DNA of 64,000 bases from an uncultured Actinomycetota bacterium (lineage in GTDB: Bacteria; Actinomycetota; Actinomycetes; Nanopelagicales; Nanopelagicaceae). The translations under genes and the position numbers were made by a program. The notes beneath the pieces were generated by a model that made no database searches, was not told the DNA's origin, and saw only the letters and a program-made list of their open reading frames with translations. The DNA lies in assembly GCA_963750855.1 (NCBI GenBank), contig CAVVSA010000001.1, forward strand, positions 132,928 through 196,927, in the 5' to 3' direction. This document shows positions 45,814 to 54,943 of this stretch, piece after piece. Numbering within the stretch: the stretch's first letter is position 1; each line of letters opens with the position of its first letter.

Positions 45814-47043
45814 TCAGATTTTGGAAGCGGTCCGACGTCGATGGCGCAATTCGGCCACTGCGTCCGAAATAGACTGCTGGTTAAAGGGTAGTAGCCCATC
45901 GCGCAAATCAACCAATATATGCGACGTAGTTTCGAGTGTCTCATCTAATACTTTTGTTGCCAATTTCTCGCTCATTCCTACAGTTATCCCAAATTCGATT
46001 AGAGACCTTCTAGAGTGACCTATTTTTTTACCACCTATTGTGAGTGCCAGTGATTTGTCACCGTAAAGGAGCGTTGAAGGTAGATCGTAAGCGGGAGAGA
46101 TTTTCCATTCTCCATCTTCGGTGGAAAGAATTGAGACATTTTTTGCATGGAGATCACCGTTTCCCGTTAACCATGCAAAGCAGAATTGTCTGTAAAGTTC
46201 CCTGGCGGCGAGTTTCTGTGATGAGCAAACTTTGCTCAATTCGTCGATGATATTTTCCGTGCTCATGTTGTATTTGTCTGCGGGCCACTTATCAAGTACC
46301 TGGCATGCATCTTCGACGGCTAGGGACAGCGGCTTACCTTGTCCGTCAATTGTGCGGTCAAATCGCGTTACGAGGAGTCCGCTTTTTCCTTCGGAATCAT
46401 GTACTAGCTCGGTTCGAACGACATTCTTTAGTGATTGTCTGGCAGTTTGGAGAAAGTAGTTCTCATTCTCAATTATCAGGGGATAGTCTGGAGACTCCAA
46501 TTTCAATATGTATTGCGAACCTGCTCTTGATGCTGGAAGCCATATTCTTTTGGCTGAGACTTTTTCTTGAACACCTGGGATGCCAACCTTGTCTATTTCT
46601 GCGAATTCATTAAGCAGATCGGCAAACTTGATTTCTTCGAAAGTCTTTTTCACTTCCACTAAGGGACTGGTGGGGCTGTGGGTCTCACCATGAGGGAGTA
46701 TCTTTACATCGCCGACGACATCCGTGCCTATGGCGAGCAAGAGGGAGAGTTCGTCATCTGCTGAAGTCTTTATCGCGCGTTGCAGCACGTGCAGTCTTCG
46801 ACCTTCCGGGAGTAACCCGGCGAAGAATGAGGGTATTCCCCCAGCGGCTACCAGCTTGGGCTCTTCTCTTTTTGGCAATGTGTGTGCAATTTGTGGCAGA
46901 CTCCCTGCGAGGTATTTAGAGGTGTATTCGAATTTAACCCCTTCTTTGGTTCGAGTTAGGTGAGCTGCAAGTTCTGCACCTTTATATACATCCGCTTTTT
47001 GTATTGTGCCTATTTCCTGGACTCCGCGTTTGTTGTTCATCAT
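45814..47043 (-). CDS. hipA: HipA-family serine/threonine kinase toxin
   Basis: 409 aa with a GIPGVQEKVS P-loop-like motif and the catalytic GNGDLHAKNVS. ATGA overlap with hipB. Confidence 0.9.
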   Translation of the reverse strand: MMNNKRGVQEIGTIQKADVYKGAELAAHLTRTKEGVKFEYTSKYLAGSLPQIAHTLPKREEPKLVAAGGIPSFFAGLLPEGRRLHVLQRAIKTSADDELSLLLAIGTDVVGDVKILPHGETHSPTSPLVEVKKTFEEIKFADLLNEFAEIDKVGIPGVQEKVSAKRIWLPASRAGSQYILKLESPDYPLIIENENYFLQTARQSLKNVVRTELVHDSEGKSGLLVTRFDRTIDGQGKPLSLAVEDACQVLDKWPADKYNMSTENIIDELSKVCSSQKLAARELYRQFCFAWLTGNGDLHAKNVSILSTEDGEWKISPAYDLPSTLLYGDKSLALTIGGKKIGHSRRSLIEFGITVGMSEKLATKVLDETLETTSHILVDLRDGLLPFNQQSISDAVAELRHRRRTASKI

Positions 47044-47258
47044 CGTTTCTCAGAGTGGATTTTATGGATGCGAATTTCAAGTCCGAGCGCCTCTAGAATC
47101 GATAGGAGTTTGTCCGTTTTAATGGTGGCGCGCCCTGTCTCCAGATCCCTTATTAATCGTTCGGATACCTCGGCTAGATCAGCCAATTCCAATTGGGTGA
47201 GCCCAAGGGCCTTTCGGCGACTTTGAATAGCTTCAGATACTTGCCTAAATGTCATCAT
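47040..47258 (-). CDS. hipB: HipB-like XRE-family antitoxin
   Basis: 72 aa from the ATGATG at 47258/47255, with SD AAGGGGG. HTH is LGLTQLELADLAEVSERLIRDLETGR. The longer track ORF (to 47459) only translates the operator repeats. Confidence 0.8.
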   Translation of the reverse strand: MMTFRQVSEAIQSRRKALGLTQLELADLAEVSERLIRDLETGRATIKTDKLLSILEALGLEIRIHKIHSEKR

Positions 47259-47269
47259 CGCCCCCTTGG

Positions 47270-47411
47270 AATCGGCAAGATGTTGCCGATTTAAGATATT
47301 GGACCATGAAAGTACCACATGTCGATCGAAATCGGCAAGATCCTGCCGATTTTGGTATATTTCCCACCAAAGGGACCCTGAATAGTTGGAATCGGCAAGA
47401 TCTTGCCGAAT
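47270..47411. promoter_or_regulatory. three palindromic operator-like sites upstream of hipB
   Basis: AATCGGCAA-gatg-TTGCCGATT (47270-91, perfect), AATCGGCAA-gatc-CTGCCGATT (47330-51) and AATCGGCAA-gatc-TTGCCGAAT (47390-411). Spacing is exactly 60 bp. Confidence 0.6.
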
Positions 47412-47468
47412 TGATCTCGAAAGCCAGGTCAAACCAAATCCAGTGACTAGATGGATCACTAACGGAAA

Positions 47469-47728
47469 AACGTCATCATCGGCAAGCTCATCCCAGCCGG
47501 TACTGGTCTTGCCAGATACCGCAACATCCGGGTCGAGCCAACCGAGGAAGCCAAGGCCGCTGTTTACGCAGCCTACGACGAGTACGACTTCACCCCATTT
47601 GAATCACAAGGTTCAGGTGAGGCAGTCAGACTCGATGAATTCGAAGTACCTCGCTAACGGAGATCTAATCTCACGGTGAGTCTTAACGGCCCCTTCACTC
47701 CTCACGGAGCGGAGGGGCTGTTTTGATT
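47469..47728 (+). repeat. direct repeat copy 2: orphan rpoC 3' fragment plus duplicated terminator
   Basis: Identical to 45545-45804. It is preceded by an in-frame TAA (47460-62), so it is not translatable as part of any gene. Confidence 0.95.
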
Positions 47729-47781
47729 CACGATCGAACAATGGATTCAATTCCCTACCATCAAATTTCACTCTCTAGCGA

Positions 47782-48420
47782 TTATTTTATTCGGATGAGG
47801 GAGACCGCATCATCGATCAAAGTTGCGAGCTTTTGCGCGACGGCATAATTCATAACAACTACTTCGGGTCGCCCTGGAAATGTGACAAGAGCCCGATTAA
47901 GAGAAGTTGGATCATATTTCACCTTGACCCCATCCCAATTGACAAAGACTCTCTTGTTTCCACTCCTCAAGGGACGTAGTTGAACTCTGTAAATCTCCAT
48001 ATTTCCGTATGTCGTTATTCGCAAGTGGAATGGAGAAACTGTCGCCGGATTGAAGGTGGAAGTCAAATAATCAATTTGATCTATGCCCCGTCTTCCTACC
48101 AGATGCGTGTAGGCGTCTCCGGGGATCGGTCCCAACCAATATATTGAGTGACTCTCTGATCGCGTAGAATGGATCAATTCTACAGCCGACATAGTTTCAT
48201 GCCCGTTACTCGTTAATTGTATCTCCAAGATCTGCGGAACATGAGAATTCTTGATTTGCACACTTGCGTAAACTACTACAGAGCTGATTAACAAGCTGGC
48301 CATGATAAAAATAGCAATCTTAGATCGGCGTAGAAGAAACCGTGAACTCGAGCGCTCGACGTGCACTACATACGGAGCACCTTCTTGGTCACCTTCAAGA
48401 GATTCATTGGGAAAAGTCAT
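47782..48420 (-). CDS. single-pass membrane protein, paralog family copy 1
   Basis: 212 aa with SD GGAGAG. After the TM helix comes a conserved ectodomain shared with 50619-51326 and 51491-52171 (MSAVELI...IYWLGP.PGDAYT ... RPEVVVMNY). Confidence 0.65.
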   Translation of the reverse strand: MTFPNESLEGDQEGAPYVVHVERSSSRFLLRRSKIAIFIMASLLISSVVVYASVQIKNSHVPQILEIQLTSNGHETMSAVELIHSTRSESHSIYWLGPIPGDAYTHLVGRRGIDQIDYLTSTFNPATVSPFHLRITTYGNMEIYRVQLRPLRSGNKRVFVNWDGVKVKYDPTSLNRALVTFPGRPEVVVMNYAVAQKLATLIDDAVSLIRIK

Positions 48421-48652
48421 GAAGTTCTCTCCTGCTCTATTTTAGAAGTCATTAAATACATACCGGTCTTCCGAAAGCGAATATAGAGTCTGGTGTATTC
48501 GCTTACAGATAAAGTAGCCAAAGGATCAGTGAGTTTCAAGGCAGAACGTGTCAAAGAATCCTTGAATCTGAAATTCTGCTGAATTCCTGATTCAATTTCA
48601 AATGTTGACTATCTTGCCCAATGATCGAGCAAATTGATGCGCACTAAGGATT

Positions 48653-48845
48653 TTGGACAGATTCTCCTCTAGCGAGAGGATAGGTCCGTGGCTCAACATC
48701 GAAGCCTTCTACAATCGCAAGCGGGTGCACTCGACTCTTGCTTACCACACCCCTAGTGAAGTACTTGCTCACTACTACGCGGCGGCCTTCGCGGCAAAGT
48801 TATACCAAACAACGAACGGAGGATTGCCCAGTTTTCTTGACACAG
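48653..48845 (+). mobile_element. IS3-family transposase C-terminal remnant
   Basis: Translation contains IEAFYNRKRVHSTLAYHTPSEV, the end of the DDE integrase core of IS3 OrfB. There is no upstream transposase body. A possible element end ...GCCCAGTTTTCTTGACACA lies near 48843. Confidence 0.55.
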
Positions 48846-48948
48846 CCCAATCAGGCAACTCCTCTCACCAACGAGGGATAGATTCGTATTGATACTCAAT
48901 CCGCATTTTAAGGTGGACAACAACTAGTAAGGCTGTTAAACATACTCA

Positions 48949-50604
48949 ATGACATCTGAAAACCTCACACCAATTTTTCGGCTAAGCGATGAGTACATTA
49001 CCGAGGCCACCATACTGAGCCCGATCGCTGCGACATTTCTTGGCATCCCTGGTTACGACGATCAGTTAGATGATTTCTCGCTGGAGGGCTCAAAGAAGAA
49101 ACCGGAGCTGATTCGCAAGACCTTGGACACTCTGGCGAATATGCCCCCTCAAAATGAGGATGATCGCATCGCCGCCTCTGTCATGTACGAGCGCTTGAGT
49201 TCGGAGTTGGCTCTATTCGATTCCCATGAGGCTCAATTAGTATGCGCAGTAATTGCCTCGCCCATAATCACGATTCGGCAGGTTTTTGAGGTCATGCCCC
49301 ACGAGAGCGCGGTGGACTTCACAAACTTCACCGCAAGGTTGAACGCGGTCAGGGGAGCTCACGATTCGTGGAAATCGTCACTAATTGATCTTGCAAAGAT
49401 GGGCAAGCGCGCACCAAAGCGTCAGGTGAGCGGAGTGGCAGATCAATTAGAGGCCTTCTCAAAAGGTGCATACGTGGGACTCGCGAACCGGATTGATCCT
49501 GAAAGCAAGTATCCAGAGCTTCACACTGCTGCCGCTTCAGCAGATGTATCTGCTGGTGAATTGGGGGAATGGCTAAAAACTTTTTATCTTCCAGATGCTC
49601 TGGATGCCGATGGAATGGGTGCAGCGAGGTATTCGGTTTGGGCAAAGCACTTTACGGGTGCGGAACTTGATTTGCGGAACACGTACGAGTGGGGATTGAA
49701 GGATCTCGAGCGGATCAATAAGCGGATGTGGGAAGTGGCCGAGCAGATCAAACCAGGGGCAAAGTCTCTGAAAGAAGTTGCCGAATTCCTAGATCGCGAT
49801 CCAAAGTACTTGGTCCAAGGATCTGACGTGCTGATCGAGATGTTGAAGGAATTCACTGACGAGGCGACGGCGCAGATGGACGGCGTTTACTTCGACATTG
49901 ATGAGCGGATCAAATTGTGCGATGCCCGCCTTGCTCCTGAAGGCAGTGCCGCGGCCCCGTACTACCAATCCCCGAGTGAGGATCTCTCTCGGCCCGGGAC
50001 TACGTGGTTCCCGACGCAGGGCAAGAACGTCTTCAATTGGTGGCGAATTCCAACGATGTGGTACCACGAGGCAGTGCCGGGCCATCATCTTCAGGTCGCG
50101 ACGACCATTATCGAAAAGGATCGGTTGACTCGCTTTCAGCGGACCGAGGCATGGACAAGTGGCCATGGCGAGGGTTGGGCGCTGTATGCCGAGCGTTTTA
50201 TGGATGAAATCGGAGCCTTCAAAGATCCGGGGCTGGAGATGGGCCATCTATCTGCGCAAGCATGGCGTGCGGTGCGAGTGGTCGTAGATATCGGTCTGCA
50301 CTTGGGTTACGAAGATCCCGATGGCAAGGTGTGGAACTACGAATCCGCCGTTGAATTGCTGATGACCCACGCGCTTCTTGAAGAGGATTTCGCGAAGAGT
50401 GAAATTGATCGATACCTAGGAATTGGCGGTCAGGCTATTTCCTACAAGGTGGGAGAGAGAGTTTGGTTGAGGGCACGGGAAGACGCGAAAAAGCGTATCG
50501 GGGATCGGTTCTCGTTGAAGAAGTTCCACGCGTTCGCGCTACGCCTTGGTCCTATGGGCTTGGATCCTTTTGAAGAAGAGTTATCCAAATGGGACGGCAA
50601 TTAA
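48949..50604 (+). CDS. DUF885-family protein (putative metallopeptidase)
   Basis: 551 aa with a HEAVPGHHLQ motif and typical DUF885 length. Confidence 0.85.
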   Translation: MTSENLTPIFRLSDEYITEATILSPIAATFLGIPGYDDQLDDFSLEGSKKKPELIRKTLDTLANMPPQNEDDRIAASVMYERLSSELALFDSHEAQLVCAVIASPIITIRQVFEVMPHESAVDFTNFTARLNAVRGAHDSWKSSLIDLAKMGKRAPKRQVSGVADQLEAFSKGAYVGLANRIDPESKYPELHTAAASADVSAGELGEWLKTFYLPDALDADGMGAARYSVWAKHFTGAELDLRNTYEWGLKDLERINKRMWEVAEQIKPGAKSLKEVAEFLDRDPKYLVQGSDVLIEMLKEFTDEATAQMDGVYFDIDERIKLCDARLAPEGSAAAPYYQSPSEDLSRPGTTWFPTQGKNVFNWWRIPTMWYHEAVPGHHLQVATTIIEKDRLTRFQRTEAWTSGHGEGWALYAERFMDEIGAFKDPGLEMGHLSAQAWRAVRVVVDIGLHLGYEDPDGKVWNYESAVELLMTHALLEEDFAKSEIDRYLGIGGQAISYKVGERVWLRAREDAKKRIGDRFSLKKFHAFALRLGPMGLDPFEEELSKWDGN

Positions 50605-50618
50605 TCCGCAATCAAAAA

Positions 50619-51326
50619 TTAGCTGATCGGTACCAGAGTTTCGGCATCGTTGATTATTGTCGGCACTGTTTGAGTGGCCGGGTAATTGAGAACAACAACT
50701 TCTGGGTGGTTAGAGAACTGCACAACCGCTTGATTGGGTGATGCGGTGTTGTATGTGACCGTGGCTCCACTTGACAGAGTAATGGTTCTGCCGTTGGCGC
50801 CAAGGAAGGGATGTGGCTGCGAGTCGTAAGTCGCGACGTCACGATAGGTGCTGACATTGACGTCGAAATTATTGAGGTCCGAGGCACGAGTACCTACTGG
50901 ACTGTAGAAGATTTGATCTATTCCGTTCGCGGAACTGCTGTTTGTGTACGAATCACCTTGCCTTGCATTCAACCAGTAGACAGTTCGATTTTCAGCTTTG
51001 ATCGTTTGAACTAATTCTGCCGCCGACATTGATTGGACGCCGGATGAGACCGCGACTTGATTGACCGTCGCCGGGGCATGTGATTGCGCGACTTGAAGTC
51101 CAGTGAAAATGAAAAGTGAGCCGATGATCGAACCAATGAGCAAGAGCCTGCCGAATCCGAAGGGACGCGTTTCTTCTTCCAGGTATAGCGGCTGTTCTAG
51201 TGATGGTCCCTCGTCGTAGGCGACGACTGCGGCTACGGACTTGCCTGAATCCTTCAGAGCCCGGTCAATGAGGTATTGCGGAATGACGACGGTTACGTCA
51301 TCGCGCAAATTACCTAGGGAAGACAA
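50619..51326 (-). CDS. single-pass membrane protein, paralog family copy 2
   Basis: The likely TTG start at 51326 follows CAGGAGG (the ORF is open to 51359). The ectodomain aligns with copies 1 and 3 (MSAAELV...VYWLNARQGDSYT ... HPEVVVLNYPATQTVPTIINDA). Confidence 0.65.
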   Translation of the reverse strand: MSSLGNLRDDVTVVIPQYLIDRALKDSGKSVAAVVAYDEGPSLEQPLYLEEETRPFGFGRLLLIGSIIGSLFIFTGLQVAQSHAPATVNQVAVSSGVQSMSAAELVQTIKAENRTVYWLNARQGDSYTNSSSANGIDQIFYSPVGTRASDLNNFDVNVSTYRDVATYDSQPHPFLGANGRTITLSSGATVTYNTASPNQAVVQFSNHPEVVVLNYPATQTVPTIINDAETLVPIS

Positions 51327-51490
51327 CGGAACCTCCTGATCGGGTATTAAAGTTCCCAAGCCGGGCGGTGTGCCTTACCGGGGAATTCGTAAGCGTGAAA
51401 TGGACCTGAAACTAGTCAAGTGTGGATGGCTCCAGAAGTCGACTCCTCGCCTGTCCCCCATTCAGGGAGGAGTGCTGGTCCTTGGCGGGT

Positions 51491-52171
51491 CTACTGAATG
51501 GAATCCAAGTTCTGTGCATCCATCACAAGGGTCGAAACGGTCTGGAATGCCGGATAAGTAAGGGTGACAACTTGCGGACGGTCTTTAAAGGTGACCACTG
51601 AATGATTAGGGGATGCTGGTCTATAAGTGACCGTCACGCCCCCGACAATCTCGACCGTAGTATCGGGTGTCCCGGAAAGTGGGCGCAGATGCGCATTGAA
51701 GATATTGGAATTTCTGTAAGTCTTGATAATGAGATCCAATTGTCGTGCGGTTTGCGGAGTCGCATGTTCTGGAAGGTATGAAATGACATCCACACCGCTC
51801 ACGGTGCTGTTCTCGGCATAGGTATCTCCTGATAGACGGCCCAGCCAGAAAATCGGTCGTTCTTGTCCTCTGACAACTGATATCAGTTCGTCGGCCGTCA
51901 TTGACTGGGCTCCCGAAGTCTTTAAGAGCGCCTCCGAAACTTCTGGCTTGTGGGAGTCCATTACCTGGAATCCGATAAATGCGACGATCGGCCAGATCAG
52001 AAGATTGACAAGAACAAAGCGTAAAAAATGATTGCGGGCCTGACGTCGATCAGCGCGAATCCGCTGATCGGCTGCTGCTATTGCCTCCTCCATCTCCACT
52101 TGAAAAGAAGACCTCCCGAGCCGCGTTGATGTATCCGACCAGTAGTCCTGTGATGCGTCGAATGTAGTCAT
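51491..52171 (-). CDS. single-pass membrane protein, paralog family copy 3
   Basis: The ATG at 52171 follows GGAGG (the ORF is open to 52225). The ectodomain aligns with copies 1 and 2 (MTADELI...IFWLGRLSGDTYA ... RPQVVTLTYPAFQTVSTLVMDA). Confidence 0.65.
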   Translation of the reverse strand: MTTFDASQDYWSDTSTRLGRSSFQVEMEEAIAAADQRIRADRRQARNHFLRFVLVNLLIWPIVAFIGFQVMDSHKPEVSEALLKTSGAQSMTADELISVVRGQERPIFWLGRLSGDTYAENSTVSGVDVISYLPEHATPQTARQLDLIIKTYRNSNIFNAHLRPLSGTPDTTVEIVGGVTVTYRPASPNHSVVTFKDRPQVVTLTYPAFQTVSTLVMDAQNLDSIQ

Positions 52172-52308
52172 TGAGCCTCCGGGGATGAGTGCTGCCACTG
52201 TAAGAGGAAGTGGCGTACAACACAATCGAGGAAACCCCTATGGATAAGTAAGTGTTTTCCACGCAGCGAAATGCCAAAAGGTCAATTCTTCTATCCAAAT
52301 TTTTGGGA

Positions 52309-54846
52309 TTAGCTCTTTGATTGCACCATAAGAGCACGAGCAAGTGCATCTCTACCTTCGGCAACCAGGCGTCGCAACCCTGGAGATGAACCTTTGCCGG
52401 TGACATCGAGCCAATGATTGGCCTTATCAAAGGTCTCCTGGGTTGTTACATATATTGGAAATGCGTACTGAGTGAATCGCGTCGTGGCTTCCAATGATTT
52501 CCGAGCCGACATGACCATTACCAATTCGAAGTAATTGTCGACGTAACTCTCGATGAGTTCACGATGCAGCGGGCCGTTAAACCCATTGATGAGTGCAACT
52601 CGGTTTGCATTGGAAGTTTCCTCACTTGCAATCTGCGCCCATGCTTTTGCTTTGTCCTCGGCGGTTGGAAGCCCAGCAATCGCATGAAGATGGCTGAGTT
52701 CACCCAGAGTGGAAGCATCTCGTTTTAGTTCTTCATCCAATTGCTGCCGTGAGACTAGTCCGCGTTCTGCAAGGGCGCACAGAAGGTGCCAACGCAAATC
52801 TGCATCAAGGGCAAGCCCGGCAAGTTCTCCTTTGAGAACGGAATCGATCCTCTGGTTTTGCTCAGCCGTGATTGCCATCGTTGCGAATGCACGGGTGAAT
52901 TGAAGTTGGTGATCACTGCCTGATTCGGCTGAATTCATAAGCGTTTCGAGCCCACTGGCCACGCGTGATCTCAATGTATCTCTAACTTTTGGATGCGAAT
53001 ACTGATCGACCGCGGTTGCCAATCGCTCGGTGATTTGCGAGACGACGGTGATATCAGTTTCGCCGGGTAAGCCGGCGAGGGCGATGTCGACGAAGTCGGT
53101 AGTGGATATCTCTGCATCGCGAAGCATGTCCCAAGCGGCGCTGGAACAGAGTGCGCGCGCAAGGGAATCACCGATCGCACCGAGGTGCTTCTTCAACGTG
53201 TCGAGTGAGCGATCATCAAATCTAATTTTTGCGTACGTCATGTCGCCGTCATTGAGGAGAACCAAGTCGGCCTCTTTCTCGCCGATCAACTCGGGAACAT
53301 GCGTGAGAGCGCCAGTGACATCTAGTTCCACGGACTTGCGACGAAGAATGACGCCGTGGCGAAGGTCGTAGAGGCCGATCGCCATTCGATGCGGGCGCAA
53401 CTCCGTCGACTCGACAGGCATTGTCGGGGCTTCTTGAATAATTCCTACGCCCGTGTAAACCCCGTCAACGACTTTGAGCGATGGTCGCAATGTGTTTACG
53501 CCTGCAGTTTCAAGCCAGGTGGCCGACCATGCCTTCAGGTCGCGTCCGCTGGTTGCCTCCATTTGATGGAGGAGATCATCCAGAGTGGCGTTTTTGAACG
53601 CGTGCTTGGCGAAATATTTCTGAAGTCCTCTGATGAAGTTGTCGCGCCCGACGTAGGCGACGAACTGCATGAGAACGGAGGCACCCTTGGCGTAGGTGAT
53701 CCCGTCGAAGTTATTGTTTGCGGTATCAATATCCTTGACGGCGAAAACGATTGGATGGGTGGAAGACATCTGGTCTTGGCTTAAAGCCCAAGTTTTTGAG
53801 CGCGAATTGAACGCGGTCCAGATGTCTTTGTACTCGGTTGCTTCGTGAGCTGCTGTGTTAGAGGCCCATGTCGCGAAAGACTCATTGAGCCATAGGTCAT
53901 TCCACCATTCCATGGTGACCAAGTTTCCGAACCACATATGCGACATCTCATGCAAGATCGCGGTGGCGCGGTACTTGTAGAGGCGCTCGGTGACACGGCT
54001 GCGATATACAAAGAGTTCTTCCTTGAATGTCACTGCGCCGACGTTCTCCATGGCTCCCCAGTTGTAGTCGACGACGGCAATTTGGTCGTACTTATCGAAT
54101 GGATAGGCCAGGCCGAAAACTTTTTCGAAGTAGGCAAATCCCTGCTTGGTTACTTTGAAGATTGCTTCAGGGTCCAAGTGAGAGGCCAACGACTTTCGGC
54201 AGTAGATGCCAAGGGGGATTTTCTTCTCGCCGATGTAGTCATCATGGACGTGGTGGTAGGGACCGGCGATGAAGGCGGTGATGTAAGTGGAGATGCGCAG
54301 GGTTGGCAAGAATTTCCAGGTTGTGTACTCGGCGCCGCTGGGGGTCTTTGATTCCACTGGGCTATTTGAAATAGCTTCCCAATGATTTGGCACAGTTGCC
54401 GTCAGCGTAAAGGTGGCTTTCAGATCTGGCTGGTCGAAGCAGGCGTACATGTGGCGGGTCAGAGCTGGGGCGCACTGTGAATACAGGTATACCTCTTGAT
54501 CAGCCGGATCCACCGAGTACTGCAAGCCTTCGCCGTTTTTAGAGAAGATGGAATCGAGCTCGATGACGAGTTCGTTATCGGCTGCCAGATTCTTGAGGAA
54601 GATGCTCTCGCCATCGAAGTTGGCGACATCTATGGCCACCCCGTTGAGGGTCGCGGAGATGACCCGACGGGCGGGCGCGTCGATGAAGGTGTCGATGCCG
54701 GGCTCGTTGCAGGTGAAGTGGACCATGGACTTGGAATAGAAGGTCTCCTGTCCCGGGATGATCTTGAGCGTGACGTCGTAGCTGTCAATAGATAGGTATG
54801 TGGAACGTTCTTGGGCTTCGACCTGCGAGATATTTACACCTGGCAC
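52309..54846 (-). CDS. pepN: aminopeptidase N (M1 family)
   Basis: 845 aa with a GAMEN motif (NWGAMENVG) and the zinc site HEMSHMWFGNLVTMEWWNDLWLNESFA. Confidence 0.95.
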   Translation of the reverse strand: MPGVNISQVEAQERSTYLSIDSYDVTLKIIPGQETFYSKSMVHFTCNEPGIDTFIDAPARRVISATLNGVAIDVANFDGESIFLKNLAADNELVIELDSIFSKNGEGLQYSVDPADQEVYLYSQCAPALTRHMYACFDQPDLKATFTLTATVPNHWEAISNSPVESKTPSGAEYTTWKFLPTLRISTYITAFIAGPYHHVHDDYIGEKKIPLGIYCRKSLASHLDPEAIFKVTKQGFAYFEKVFGLAYPFDKYDQIAVVDYNWGAMENVGAVTFKEELFVYRSRVTERLYKYRATAILHEMSHMWFGNLVTMEWWNDLWLNESFATWASNTAAHEATEYKDIWTAFNSRSKTWALSQDQMSSTHPIVFAVKDIDTANNNFDGITYAKGASVLMQFVAYVGRDNFIRGLQKYFAKHAFKNATLDDLLHQMEATSGRDLKAWSATWLETAGVNTLRPSLKVVDGVYTGVGIIQEAPTMPVESTELRPHRMAIGLYDLRHGVILRRKSVELDVTGALTHVPELIGEKEADLVLLNDGDMTYAKIRFDDRSLDTLKKHLGAIGDSLARALCSSAAWDMLRDAEISTTDFVDIALAGLPGETDITVVSQITERLATAVDQYSHPKVRDTLRSRVASGLETLMNSAESGSDHQLQFTRAFATMAITAEQNQRIDSVLKGELAGLALDADLRWHLLCALAERGLVSRQQLDEELKRDASTLGELSHLHAIAGLPTAEDKAKAWAQIASEETSNANRVALINGFNGPLHRELIESYVDNYFELVMVMSARKSLEATTRFTQYAFPIYVTTQETFDKANHWLDVTGKGSSPGLRRLVAEGRDALARALMVQSKS

Positions 54847-54931
54847 TTGTTACTCCATTGGTTGGAAAGGTAGGGCTCTAACGTAGCCAAAAAATGCCAA
54901 GCGGTCAGCAGTAGAAGGGCATCTGATTGGG

Positions 54932-54937
54932 CATAAT
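54932..54937 (+). promoter_or_regulatory. -10 box placed for a leaderless GNAT mRNA
   Basis: CATAAT ends 7 nt before the ATG at 54944, and there is no SD in between. Confidence 0.3.
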
Positions 54938-54943
54938 GTCGCA

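Noticed and set aside
47270-47411. Three 22-bp repeats with 38-bp spacers, which a repeat finder could flag as a mini CRISPR array.
   Set aside because: There are only three copies and each is itself a palindrome. They sit exactly in the promoter region of an autoregulated TA operon, the repeat is shorter than typical CRISPR repeats, and no cas genes are in the window.
47040-47459. A 139-aa minus-strand ORF with a recurring RQDLAD(S/F) peptide, which looks like a repeat protein.
   Set aside because: The repeats are simply the translation of the three palindromic DNA operators. An ATGATG with an SD at 47258 gives a normal 72-aa XRE/HipB protein, so the N-terminal 67 aa are not credible coding sequence.
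47386-47679. A 97-aa plus-strand ORF across repeat copy 2, identical in its C-terminal 68 aa to part of ORF 45255-45755.
   Set aside because: It is an off-frame reading of the duplicated rpoC 3' end. The identity merely reflects the DNA duplication, not a gene.
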